Source: Trichomonas gallinae (Eukaryota). From it: DNA of 35,522 nucleotides. Below are positions 9,701-19,328 of the stretch, piece after piece; position 1 is the first letter of the stretch; every line of letters begins with the position of its first letter. Position numbers and translations under genes: made by a program. A model generated the notes under the pieces. It made no database searches and was not told where the DNA came from. It saw only the letters and a list, made by a program, of their open reading frames with translations. The stretch is from NCBI GenBank assembly GCA_008369845.1, contig MRSU01008318.1:1-35522 (forward strand), given 5' to 3'.

Positions 9701-11473
9701 TTAATCTTCTATAACTACTGGTTTTCCACGTTTGAACGTGAGGATGAGATGGTTATCTCTCATGTGTGCCCAGATTTCTTCTTTTGTGTGCATATCAATT
9801 CCGCATTCATCGCAATGTATATATTCACCGCAATCTGAGAAAATTCTTGCAACTATGCATTCAACCTTTGCATTATCATACGAGAACCTCTCAAGTGTCG
9901 ACAGGAATTCAGTTGGTATCTTATAAAGTGGGAATGGATAATTTGGATCGATGTCGCATTTATTCATTGCGCAAACGAAAGCGTGTCTATGGAAGAGGTG
10001 CACGAAGAGTTCTTCTGGTGCGTCGAAGCCTATCCTGCAGTCCCAACAGCATAATATTCCCTCTATCATCACTCCGTATATTGTCTCGTTGACAGCTTTG
10101 ATGCCTAAATCATATGAGCTTGCAAAAGTATCATCATCGTAGCAACCTGGCCTGTGTTTCCACATCTGTGCGATGATCTGTCCGTGCTCCCACCAGTGGT
10201 GTTCTTTTAATTTATCCAAGCTATCGAATATGATGTCGCAGAAATTGCAGCGCGGTGGATTAAGCGTGACTCTCTTTTCAAGAATTCTTCGTCCGAACGA
10301 AAGATTTTTGACATCTTGCGGAATAACGTTTTTTGACAATGGCAAATGGTCGAGTCTTATATGTGAATAGGCCATATGTATTCTCGGGCAGACTTTGCCG
10401 CATATTCCGCATGTTGCTGTTCCGTCTTCGTTGATTGAAATCTTCATGTTGCTCAATTCGATTTCTTGGGCGACTTTATACAAAAATCCTGGTGTTTGTA
10501 TAGGAAAGTATATATGGGAAATGCACGCGCAGTGGTTTTCCCAGCAGTGGCGGAGCATGTCGTCGTAGTTTTGGTTGCAGTCGATGCAGAAGTGCCCATT
10601 TATGTGTCCTGTCGCCTGTAGATGGTTGACGAGTGTAAATTTCGGTCCGTATTCGTCTTGTGGCGTATATATGTTTTTTATGTCTGTTATCTCTCTGAAT
10701 ATCTCTGGGCCTCTGTAAGGAACGTCTGTGTCGAATCTAACATGGATTGTTCGCGTGTTTTGTGGCTCTAAAACAATTTTTTCTTTTTGCTTCTTTCCTC
10801 TAACTATTTTCTCTTTAGGTGCTTTGACTATGACGCCTGGTCTATGGTATATCTCAACAAGCTTCTTATAACATAAATATAATGCGTAAGCATCGAAAGC
10901 AGCGTATAATATTTGTTTGACGGATAATGGTCTTAGAGACCAATCTGATCTCGATATTTTTTTGTCTTTAAACAAAGCTTTAGGTGATCCAATTAATTCC
11001 TCAACCATAAGTTGAAAATTAATGGAAACACTGTATGGTTCCAAGTATGTAGTTTGTACATCTTGTATTCCAAATGTAGTATCGAACATTGTCATGAGTT
11101 TTTTGTTATCAGAATGCATTCCTTTCCCAAAGAATGAGTTTTCAGTAAAGAATCTTTCCATAACTTCACTTTTCTCCCACGTGTTGTTCATTACGATGAG
11201 AACTCCTTTAGATGTGCAGAATTGGAATAATGCAAATGGATGACTTTCAGTAGGAACATCTGGTTTCCATTCGAAATCGACTGAAATCTCACCACCATCG
11301 ATTAAATCATTGAGTTTTTGTTCTAGATTCGGATTTTCGATTGATATTACTTCAACTCTAACTAATTTGTCGTTAAAAAACTCGACATTCTTGACATCAC
11401 CTTCATTCCAAGGTGTTTGTGCAAAACTTTCGAGATCTTTAACTTCAGATGTAAAATAAATACAATCAATCAT
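9701..11473 (-). CDS. DEDDy 3'-5' exonuclease (WRN/EXD/Mut-7-like) fused to five C2H2-type zinc fingers
   Basis: ExoI SVDFEW (D66,E68), ExoII GMHSD (D122), SDWSLRPLS, ExoIII YAAFDA (Y190,D194); CxxC..HxxxxH fingers start at C296, C355, C409, C476, C554. Confidence 0.9.
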   Translation of the reverse strand: MIDCIYFTSEVKDLESFAQTPWNEGDVKNVEFFNDKLVRVEVISIENPNLEQKLNDLIDGGEISVDFEWKPDVPTESHPFALFQFCTSKGVLIVMNNTWEKSEVMERFFTENSFFGKGMHSDNKKLMTMFDTTFGIQDVQTTYLEPYSVSINFQLMVEELIGSPKALFKDKKISRSDWSLRPLSVKQILYAAFDAYALYLCYKKLVEIYHRPGVIVKAPKEKIVRGKKQKEKIVLEPQNTRTIHVRFDTDVPYRGPEIFREITDIKNIYTPQDEYGPKFTLVNHLQATGHINGHFCIDCNQNYDDMLRHCWENHCACISHIYFPIQTPGFLYKVAQEIELSNMKISINEDGTATCGICGKVCPRIHMAYSHIRLDHLPLSKNVIPQDVKNLSFGRRILEKRVTLNPPRCNFCDIIFDSLDKLKEHHWWEHGQIIAQMWKHRPGCYDDDTFASSYDLGIKAVNETIYGVMIEGILCCWDCRIGFDAPEELFVHLFHRHAFVCAMNKCDIDPNYPFPLYKIPTEFLSTLERFSYDNAKVECIVARIFSDCGEYIHCDECGIDMHTKEEIWAHMRDNHLILTFKRGKPVVIED

Positions 11474-11629
11474 TTTTGTAAAAATGACAGATCAAAATTT
11501 TGTATAGTGTCATAATTTTGTTACTTGTAAAGTGTCAAAATTGATTTTTATATGTCATTTTGTCAAATTTATTTATTTTGTAGATTCATCTTGATTATAG
11601 CAATAGAAACATATACTAGTTGCAGACAT

Positions 11630-11865
11630 ATTTTTGCCTCAACAAAAGGTTATCAGGAAGCTGTCAAGCTCCTTCTTTAAACTCCTAGGATGTATTTGCA
11701 AAAAATGATTTAAGTGGAACAGCTTTGATTTATGCTTCATGAGATGTTAATCGTGAAGTTGTCAAATTTCTTCCCATAGTTCCTGGAATAGATGCCAAAG
11801 CAACAAGCGTACTTAATGGAACAGCTTTAATTATGGCTTCAAAAGAATATCATAAAGAAATGGAA
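11630..11865 (+). pseudogene. Decayed ankyrin-repeat fragment (~2.5 repeats)
   Basis: IFASTKGYQEAVKLLL*TPRM / AKNDLSGTALIYAS*DVNREVVKFLPIVPGIDAKATSVLNGTALIMASKEYHKEME; two stops and one frameshift. Confidence 0.8.
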
Positions 11866-12030
11866 TGTGTTTTTTTCTTGTTAATCATTTTCAAATTAGT
11901 TTAGATTATATTTTAATTGATATCGTCCTCACATTAAATATATATAATTAGAGGGCTTAAATCTGTAACCAATGATAAATAATGAAAAAAAAAATATAAT
12001 TTTTTTAATTTTATCATATATCAAACAAAT

Positions 12031-12669
12031 CTAGCATTCATCAATAGGTTTTGGATGGGCTTCATCTTTGAGTTTGCGTGAAAGACGCATAGCTTCAGAA
12101 GTATTTTTATAAATATATCCTAAAAGGACTCTGCATTGATCTTCGTATGTTGGATCATCTCTACGCAGCTGGAGCTCTAAAAATTCATCGAATCTTTCAA
12201 TTAAAATTTGCAATGCAGCAAGTGAGGCGCCTGTTGGATTTCTTGCTGCCAATCGTTTGACAGTTTTGAGTATATTTAATAAAGCTGGTCGTAAAGGCGA
12301 TGGAGCCAAATCAATTCTTGATTCATCAAAATCAAGTCCAATATGCTGCTTTTTTTGTATGAATTGGTCGAATTTCTCTGCTAAATCTCTAGATTTCTTG
12401 CTTGAATTGCTAGTAGTTGACTTGCTAAATTTTGATGCCGAATCTGGAAAACCTTCAGACCTGTTCATATCAGAATTGGGTATATCATCGTCATCATCAT
12501 CTTCGTGTTTAGTTATACTTTTGTGTTTATCAGCATCTTCTTTGATATCTGATGTTTCTGGTGAAATTTCGACAGGAGAGAAACTGTTGCCGCCTAGTAA
12601 GCTCACAACTGAGCTGTCGTGGTTTTCATCGCCTTCAGGTAATTTTTCTGGCGTTTTTTGGTTGCTCAT
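12031..12669 (-). CDS. Hypothetical protein, 212 aa; acidic/Ser-rich disordered N-terminus, helical C-terminus
   Basis: Start re-called at ATG 12669 (MSNQKTPEK). The ORF-track extension to 12762 runs through AT-rich promoter DNA and overlaps the next gene. Confidence 0.8.
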   Translation of the reverse strand: MSNQKTPEKLPEGDENHDSSVVSLLGGNSFSPVEISPETSDIKEDADKHKSITKHEDDDDDDIPNSDMNRSEGFPDSASKFSKSTTSNSSKKSRDLAEKFDQFIQKKQHIGLDFDESRIDLAPSPLRPALLNILKTVKRLAARNPTGASLAALQILIERFDEFLELQLRRDDPTYEDQCRVLLGYIYKNTSEAMRLSRKLKDEAHPKPIDEC

Positions 12670-12740
12670 AATAATTTTGACAAGTAAAACTCTATTTTTG
12701 ACATGTAAAGTCCGAATTTTTAAAAGTGTCAATATTTTAG
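12670..12740. promoter_or_regulatory. 71-bp bidirectional promoter region
   Basis: Lies between divergent ATGs at 12669 and 12741; contains TTTTGACAAGTAAA 12675-12688 and TTTTGACATGTAAA 12696-12709, 21 bp apart. Confidence 0.7.
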
Positions 12741-13319
12741 ATGCAATTTTCAGCAGAAACATTAGCAGCTTTAAGTGTTGTTGTCCTTATAATAGCATTA
12801 GTCATTAAAAGACTCATGCGTCCTAAGGTTGATATAAAGGTTTCTAAAATTACACCAGTTTTTATGGTATATCGACAAGTAAGATGCACATTGCCAGATA
12901 CACTGGATAAAATATGCGAATTAGAGGAGCTCTTATCAAAAGTAAATGATGGAAAAGACTACAAATTCGAGCCAACAATCAGAATGTTTTACGAAAAGAA
13001 TTTTTCAAATGAAATGCCAACGAAAATGGTTATTGGAAAGGTTATTAGAGGTGATGACATTAAAAGACTCAAAATTCCAGTTGATAAAAACAATTCCATC
13101 AAAGCTGGTGGACTTGATTTCGGTCCTGTTGTAGAACTTAAATATCCAGTTAAAACACTAAAGGATTTATCTGTTACAAGTGGTAAATACGCAGATACAA
13201 TTGATAGATGGTTCAAAACAGAGCATAAGAAACGCTATGGTCCATTAGTTGAATTAAACTACAATAATAATATCACATTCTTTGGATTACTTACTCCAGG
13301 CAAAGGAATTTTGCAATAA
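12741..13319 (+). CDS. N-terminally membrane-anchored GyrI-like domain protein (TEX264-like)
   Basis: TM LAALSVVVLIIALVI, then VFMVYR, RMFYE, VIGKVI, VVELKYP, TIDRWFK, GPLVEL..ITFF, in the same order as TEX264 elements (VAYK, IAVYYD, AVGSIL, VVTATFP, ALDTYIK, PRLEIY..IHF) as recalled. Confidence 0.6.
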   Translation: MQFSAETLAALSVVVLIIALVIKRLMRPKVDIKVSKITPVFMVYRQVRCTLPDTLDKICELEELLSKVNDGKDYKFEPTIRMFYEKNFSNEMPTKMVIGKVIRGDDIKRLKIPVDKNNSIKAGGLDFGPVVELKYPVKTLKDLSVTSGKYADTIDRWFKTEHKKRYGPLVELNYNNNITFFGLLTPGKGILQ

Positions 13320-13726
13320 TTTCTGAACATCTTAATATCTCTGCATTCTACTATAACAAAATGCTTGTTATTCATATATAATGATTATGTTTTGTTGTTA
13401 CTTAGTGATATATTAAAATTTTCATAAAACTCACTAAATGATTCATCTGATGTTTGTTCAAATGAATGATAATTTATGATATTATTTAAAAGGTTTAAAT
13501 GTGTGTGGCAGTTATGAATACACATAAAAATATCCATCACATATCAGAATACAACTCGGATGAATATTCATGAAAATATATCCATGATGTTGAATTATCA
13601 TACATTCATTGCAGTGCAGATATATACTAGATTAAATATAGTATCAAATCATATTAGTTGCATTAAAATATCTTATACATATCATGAGATATGTTCAAAT
13701 TAATGTGCTCAGAAATATTCATCAAT

Positions 13727-13832
13727 TTTTGTCATGTAAATATATTTTTGTCATATTTAATTAATTTTTGTCATGTAATATTATTTTTTGTTTGTAAAGA
13801 TGAATTTTGTCGTGTAAATAAAAATTTGCCAA
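13727..13832 (+). promoter_or_regulatory. Array of six ~19-20-bp units of the upstream element ending at the GT47 ATG
   Basis: The G of TTTG falls at 13731, 13750, 13770, 13790, 13809, 13828; near-full copies at 13727-13740, 13766-13779, 13805-13818. Confidence 0.65.
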
Positions 13833-14915
13833 ATGTTTCCTTTCCTTTTTCTTGCGCAAACTTCGAATAGATTAGATTTGCCAATCCTTCGCAGAATTGC
13901 GGAAGATTATGATTGGCCCCCACTAAATATATATGTGTATCCAGCAAGCAAATTTCCGTCAAGATTTTTATCAAGATCAGCGAATACTCGCTATTTTTTA
14001 GAAAACGAACTACAAAATCTCGTCAAAAACTCTAGTCTCAACTATGATAATCCAAAAGAGGCTGATCTCTTCTTAGTTCCCATTTCTTTATCAGAATTAA
14101 CATCAGAGGAATTTAATGGTTTAGTTTCATATCTGAAATCTGTTGGTCCGTATTACGATGAATACAACGGCGCTAATCACATCTTTTTGCAAGGAAAATA
14201 TCCAAATAACGAAACTTGCATCACAAAATCTCTATTTTTAGAGCATCCAGGTCATATGTTAACAGAGGGATTCGTTGTTGAGGGAGAAAGCGTGAAAACA
14301 TGGGTTTTTGCGAAAAACTTGGTTCTTCCTCTTAAACCAATATCAAATTTCGTAGAAGATACAAAAAACAAAATAGACAAAGTTGCTGTTGATGTATCTA
14401 CAGATAAATGTTTACCTGAAAATGTTAAAATCAGAAAACAACTGAAAGATGCTTTAAAAGATAATACAGAATTTGATTTATACGAAACTAAAGAAGAAGC
14501 GTTGAAAGGAATGGAAACGCATACATTTTCAATTGTTTCTGCGTGTGAATCTCCAATGGCTCAACAGTTTTACGACGCTTTAAATTCATTATCGATTCCT
14601 ATTGTGTTTAACAATGTAATGAGATTCCCATTCGAAAGTGAGCTTATTGACTATACGAAATTTGTTGTCCATATTAATGAAAATTCACCTGAAAAAGCAA
14701 TAATTGTTCCATCTAAGCTAAGACTTCATTTTGACGAAATTTACCCAGCAATGAAGGAAGCCAGAAAGATGCTGTCGATGACTTCAAACGATGGCGAATA
14801 CGTCTGGGCTTTCGCTTGGTCACTTTACATGAAACTGCTTTCATGGCTTCCAACAAGAAGAACAAAGATTATTGACGATATATTTAGAGAGCCTAACGTG
14901 TTCGGAGCTGCCTAA
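13833..14915 (+). CDS. Exostosin-family (GT47) glycosyltransferase
   Basis: IYVYP, DNPKEADLFLVP, PYYDEYNGANHIF, FYDALNSLSIPIV, FPFESELIDYTKF are GT47 motifs; short hydrophobic N-terminus. Confidence 0.88.
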   Translation: MFPFLFLAQTSNRLDLPILRRIAEDYDWPPLNIYVYPASKFPSRFLSRSANTRYFLENELQNLVKNSSLNYDNPKEADLFLVPISLSELTSEEFNGLVSYLKSVGPYYDEYNGANHIFLQGKYPNNETCITKSLFLEHPGHMLTEGFVVEGESVKTWVFAKNLVLPLKPISNFVEDTKNKIDKVAVDVSTDKCLPENVKIRKQLKDALKDNTEFDLYETKEEALKGMETHTFSIVSACESPMAQQFYDALNSLSIPIVFNNVMRFPFESELIDYTKFVVHINENSPEKAIIVPSKLRLHFDEIYPAMKEARKMLSMTSNDGEYVWAFAWSLYMKLLSWLPTRRTKIIDDIFREPNVFGAA

Positions 14916-15291
14916 TTTTTTATTATTTTTTTGTTATATAAATTGTATTTTTTGTGTTTTATGTGTTAATCAACAAATATTTAATTTATATATACTAGAA
15001 AACATTAAATAAAGAAAACTCCAATAAGAAAATAGGTTATTCTTATATAATTATCGGGAAAAAATAATATTTTCATAAACAAATGACATTTGTTTAAAAT
15101 TATACATCTTTTCCATATTTCTATCATATATCAAATTGGTTTATGCGGGTTTCATGATCAAATATTGCAAAATAAAAAATTTTGATTTATAATTTGAGTT
15201 TGAGTATTTCATGATTAAAAAGTTACCTATTTAGATATAGAAAATAATTTTTATTGACAAATCTGAAATAAATAATAAATAAAAATAAAAA

Positions 15292-18200
15292 TTAAACAAC
15301 CTTGAATTCGAGTGTAGATAAAGCGGCCAAGTCATCCCGTGCCTTTGCATCTGTCAGAGATTTGAACATCTCTCTTCTCTTAGAACAGACTTCATAAACT
15401 TCGAATTTTCCGATATATTTCACGCATGAGTCTATATTTGCTGCGAGCATGAACCTCAAAGTCTTCATCGAGACAATGAACTCGAATCCCTTGGAGAAAG
15501 GCGAAACTCCTTCGCGCGAAGGTGATTTTTCGCCAACTCTGTAGAATCCGCTTCCTATTGGCGCTATAGTTACCAGTTGCTTCCTCTGAGACGGGACAAC
15601 GAAATCGTAGCCGCTTTCATTGAAAACAAGTCTGACTGAGAAGTCATTTTCTGAATCTACGAATTTAGCGTAGCCAGCTGATATTGGCATTGTTACTATA
15701 TATTTGCCATCAATCTTCATCGTTTCACCGAGGTTTGACATAAATTGTGCCATTTTTTCGGAATTCCTTATTGGTCCGTTTGGCAATTCTTTGTCGTTTA
15801 ATGTTATGTGGGAAATCTGGACAGGAACCTTTGGAATGCTGTCCAATTTATCAAATGCTTTGATAATCTTTGTTACATCGTGGCGTTCGCGCTGAGCAAT
15901 GACTTTGAGCTTGTTGGTTGTGTCGAGGATGCCGAGAGTGAGCAAGAAATCGACAACGCGCGGCCTAAGATATGGATTTTCTTTTCCAAATTTCTCCATG
16001 AAGCCGTAATCGTTGATAGAAAGCCATTTCGTGAAGATTGAAACGAATTTGTCGTTAAGAGCTTTGTCGGATTCCGAATATCCTGAAATTTCGACCTTCG
16101 GGATTCCGAGTGAAGAATCTGATGTTTCTGCTGATTCGTATGGTTCTGTCTGTGATGGTTCTGGCGTTTTGAGGTTCATCGGCTTAAGTTGAGTAGATAA
16201 AATTGCTTCTTGATCAGCTTTGAAGTTATCTTGAATGAGCCACGCGATTCTTCCGAATGGGCCACGAACGAGGACAATAATTGGAGGTGTGCCGTTTGGC
16301 ATTTCTAAGAATGTAATGAGAAGAGAATTTGAAATCGTGAAATAATATCTTCTGCAGCCCACCATCTTGTATTTCTCTATGATGTCTGCTTCTGTGCCGC
16401 AGATTTCGCCCTGGACTCTCGTGAAAATTTCGTATGATGGAAAATGAATGTTAATTCTAGCGTAAACTGTTGTCAAAAGGCTCTTAATGAGGCGTTTGTT
16501 CTTGACAGGAACCTTTTTATCGTTGTCAAGACACTTTTGAACAAAGGATGCAAATTCGAAACATGCATTAACGTTTTCTCTGACGTTAAGGACATCATTG
16601 CTGTATTCTATGACTGAGATGATGAATTGGAGAGTAGAAGCGATGCATAAATCTGAATCTTTGAGCTTGCGAATATCAGATGTTGTGACAGCTGTCGTAA
16701 TTTGAGGAATTAAGCGGAGCTGGTTGACCATATAGATGTATTCTGGTTTGTAGCGGATAACCGTGCCAACGAGAGTAATCAAGCTGCAGTAATAAGGAAC
16801 TGAATCTTCTGTAGTGTTTTTACGAACGTTTTGCGGGGCGAAAATATCAGCAATCTTGGCGAGAATGTTGATAGACTCGAACTGTGTCGCGTAAGTCAAC
16901 AAAGCGATTTTATTTGAATCATGAGGAGTTTCTAAGAAAAGCTTTTGAAATGCGTTCGAAATTAACGTGAAATCGTTGTTAGCTCTCGAGTAGATCTCTG
17001 ATGCCGAAATAAACATCGATGTTGCCGCATGGAACAAATCAGCAGTATCGTATCTTCCCGATTTCTTGTAGTCTATCTTAGGGATGAACATGAGAACACC
17101 CTCGGACATGAATGGAAAGAAGTCACTCCACGATGAAAAAACTTGAGATCCGTGATAAAGATAAGAAGCAATGAGCTGTGGTCTTCCTAGCTTGGCGAAT
17201 GCGTAGGCAAGCTGGAGCAATTTGCATCTTGACTCGTCATTTGGCTGGAATTGAAGGTTTGCGGCAGCTAATAAAATTGATCCGAGCATTGTCGACAATC
17301 CATCATCGTATTCGGATGGAAGCTTAAGGTCTACGTGCGTGATAGCTGGACCGAACATCTGAAGGAATGATTTTGAAGGATAACGCGGAATATAAAATGT
17401 TGACGTCTTCCGAGCGAAACTAGAGTAATCGTGAAGGATCCTTAAGATGATAAGCTGGAAGTTATACATGTTGTATGGTGATTTAAGCGTGTTATCGAAA
17501 TTGATGCAATATAAGACGTTATGATACAGGAAATTAAGCGTTTTTGAGTCGATTTCCTTGCCATTTGAATAAGCGCCACCTTCAATTTTCTCGTCATTTT
17601 GGAATTTGAGAACTCTTGAAAAAACGACATTTGTAAGTTTGCGGAGGTAACTACCCCAGACGTGAATAAAGTCGCTGTTGACTGACCAGTTTCTGCAATA
17701 TTCAGTAAACAAGGACCAAATTTCTGATTTGGTTGTTCCAGCGATTACACAAATGTGGAAGAAAACATTTATTGCTTTTTGACGGAGATTTGCTTGCAAT
17801 TCATCACGCATGACGCCATTGTAGTCGTATGCTACGATGGAATTCGTTATTCCGAGAATACATTTAAATAAAACTCCCCAGTTTTCATCATCCAAAACTG
17901 AGCCTGATGTTGTAGCGAATTCATCGTATATTTGAAGAATCTCCAGCAAAATTGGATAGAATTTCGTTTCAAAGGTTTCTTTTGACTTGGCTGCTCTAAA
18001 TTCGAAAGGCTGAGTCATATGTTTGAACATTCTTTTGATAAACTTGTTCTGTCTTTTAGCGTTTCCGAACATAGCGAGATTCTTTAGCCAACTTTCATAA
18101 ATTTTCGTTGCAGTGTAAATATGTGCGTATTCTTGAATTTCGAAGCCGAAAGCAATGGCAGTGAATTCCATGATAAATTTAACGCGCTTCTTCTTGGTTA

Positions 18201-18360
18201 AGTCGAGTTTTTCCATCCTTGAGTTGAAATCAGCCAAAAATATTTTCGCAGCAGCTTCAGCAACGTCAAGAGGCACCGTAGACAGAGAGTAGCAGTCCGC
18301 ATCCTCCGTCAACAGCCCTTTTTCCTTCAAAAACTTCAGCATAAGTAAAGGAGGGTCCAT
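15292..18360 (-). CDS. RalGAP alpha/beta-subunit-like protein with a degenerate C-terminal Rap-GAP-like domain
   Basis: ATKIYESWL, helical N-terminus, LLITFLE..IIVLVRGPFGRIAW (RalGAP/tuberin-type motif), FLLTLGIL, KAFDKLD, QFMSNLG, VRLVFNES, IAPIGSGFYRV. Confidence 0.65.
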   Translation of the reverse strand: MDPPLLMLKFLKEKGLLTEDADCYSLSTVPLDVAEAAAKIFLADFNSRMEKLDLTKKKRVKFIMEFTAIAFGFEIQEYAHIYTATKIYESWLKNLAMFGNAKRQNKFIKRMFKHMTQPFEFRAAKSKETFETKFYPILLEILQIYDEFATTSGSVLDDENWGVLFKCILGITNSIVAYDYNGVMRDELQANLRQKAINVFFHICVIAGTTKSEIWSLFTEYCRNWSVNSDFIHVWGSYLRKLTNVVFSRVLKFQNDEKIEGGAYSNGKEIDSKTLNFLYHNVLYCINFDNTLKSPYNMYNFQLIILRILHDYSSFARKTSTFYIPRYPSKSFLQMFGPAITHVDLKLPSEYDDGLSTMLGSILLAAANLQFQPNDESRCKLLQLAYAFAKLGRPQLIASYLYHGSQVFSSWSDFFPFMSEGVLMFIPKIDYKKSGRYDTADLFHAATSMFISASEIYSRANNDFTLISNAFQKLFLETPHDSNKIALLTYATQFESINILAKIADIFAPQNVRKNTTEDSVPYYCSLITLVGTVIRYKPEYIYMVNQLRLIPQITTAVTTSDIRKLKDSDLCIASTLQFIISVIEYSNDVLNVRENVNACFEFASFVQKCLDNDKKVPVKNKRLIKSLLTTVYARINIHFPSYEIFTRVQGEICGTEADIIEKYKMVGCRRYYFTISNSLLITFLEMPNGTPPIIVLVRGPFGRIAWLIQDNFKADQEAILSTQLKPMNLKTPEPSQTEPYESAETSDSSLGIPKVEISGYSESDKALNDKFVSIFTKWLSINDYGFMEKFGKENPYLRPRVVDFLLTLGILDTTNKLKVIAQRERHDVTKIIKAFDKLDSIPKVPVQISHITLNDKELPNGPIRNSEKMAQFMSNLGETMKIDGKYIVTMPISAGYAKFVDSENDFSVRLVFNESGYDFVVPSQRKQLVTIAPIGSGFYRVGEKSPSREGVSPFSKGFEFIVSMKTLRFMLAANIDSCVKYIGKFEVYEVCSKRREMFKSLTDAKARDDLAALSTLEFKVV

Positions 18361-19318
18361 GTTTTTTTACTGGTTTTTGTTTTTGTAGAAACCAAAAAAA
18401 AAAAAAATAAAATATTTTTTACATGGATTTATTCATTTATATATGTTATCAAAATATGTAAAGATGCAAAAAAAAATTGAAAAAAATTGAAAAAAAAAAT
18501 ACATCATAAATCATTATTATTTATATATTGCAATGAATATTTTTAGTTTTTTATTTTCAAAAATTCACCAATGACTTGATATGAATTTTATTCACTATCT
18601 GATAATAACACAGACTTCTCATATCATCAATAGTGTGTGTTAGTTGTATATCTATCTATATTTGGGAGTGGGAAGTTAGATAATCTGATACATATTCAAA
18701 TTATTCTTAATATGATCGAACACGGCCAAAGTCCGAAATAATATGACCATAGAATTGCATCTGGCTAATAAAGATATTTGTCAACTTACAAACGTACATA
18801 TGACTAAAATATTTTTTTTGGCCAATTTATCGATTTCAAATGACTGTTTCGATGATGCCATTTTATTACAATTTTGATAACAAATATAATGTCAACTAAA
18901 AAAACGATCAAATCATCGTGAATTTTTAAAAAAATACATATCAATAGGTAAAAATTGTATATTAATATGTTTTTTACACTTACTGACCATTGTGTCTGTG
19001 TTTACAGGTCGAGAAACAGCGAAAAAATCGATTTTTCGTCAAATGAACGTTGCTGATTCAAAAAATTATATATGAAATAATTTATAATTTTTTACTAATT
19101 TTAATTTTTTTGATTGAAATGCTTTAAAATCCAATGATTTAAATCATTATTCATCGATAGTTTTGGGAATATATGATAAATTTCATATCAATTCTCAGCA
19201 ATATGCAAGAGAATTGAAATTATGAAATTTTATTTTGGTAATTTTCATGATTATCTAAGATTTATCTTTATATTTTGTGGCAAAAATAGTTGATATGATA
19301 TGGTAGATGAGTCAAAAT

Positions 19319-19325
19319 TCATTTT
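19319..19325 (+). promoter_or_regulatory. Trichomonad initiator (Inr) TCATTTT
   Basis: TCATTTTTTT-ATG directly precedes the 19329 start. Confidence 0.7.
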
Positions 19326-19328
19326 TTT

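Noticed and set aside
12257..12808. 183-aa antisense ORF and the many other short overlapping ORFs in the track
   Set aside because: Shadow frames of real CDSs or AT-rich noise, with no recognisable motifs.
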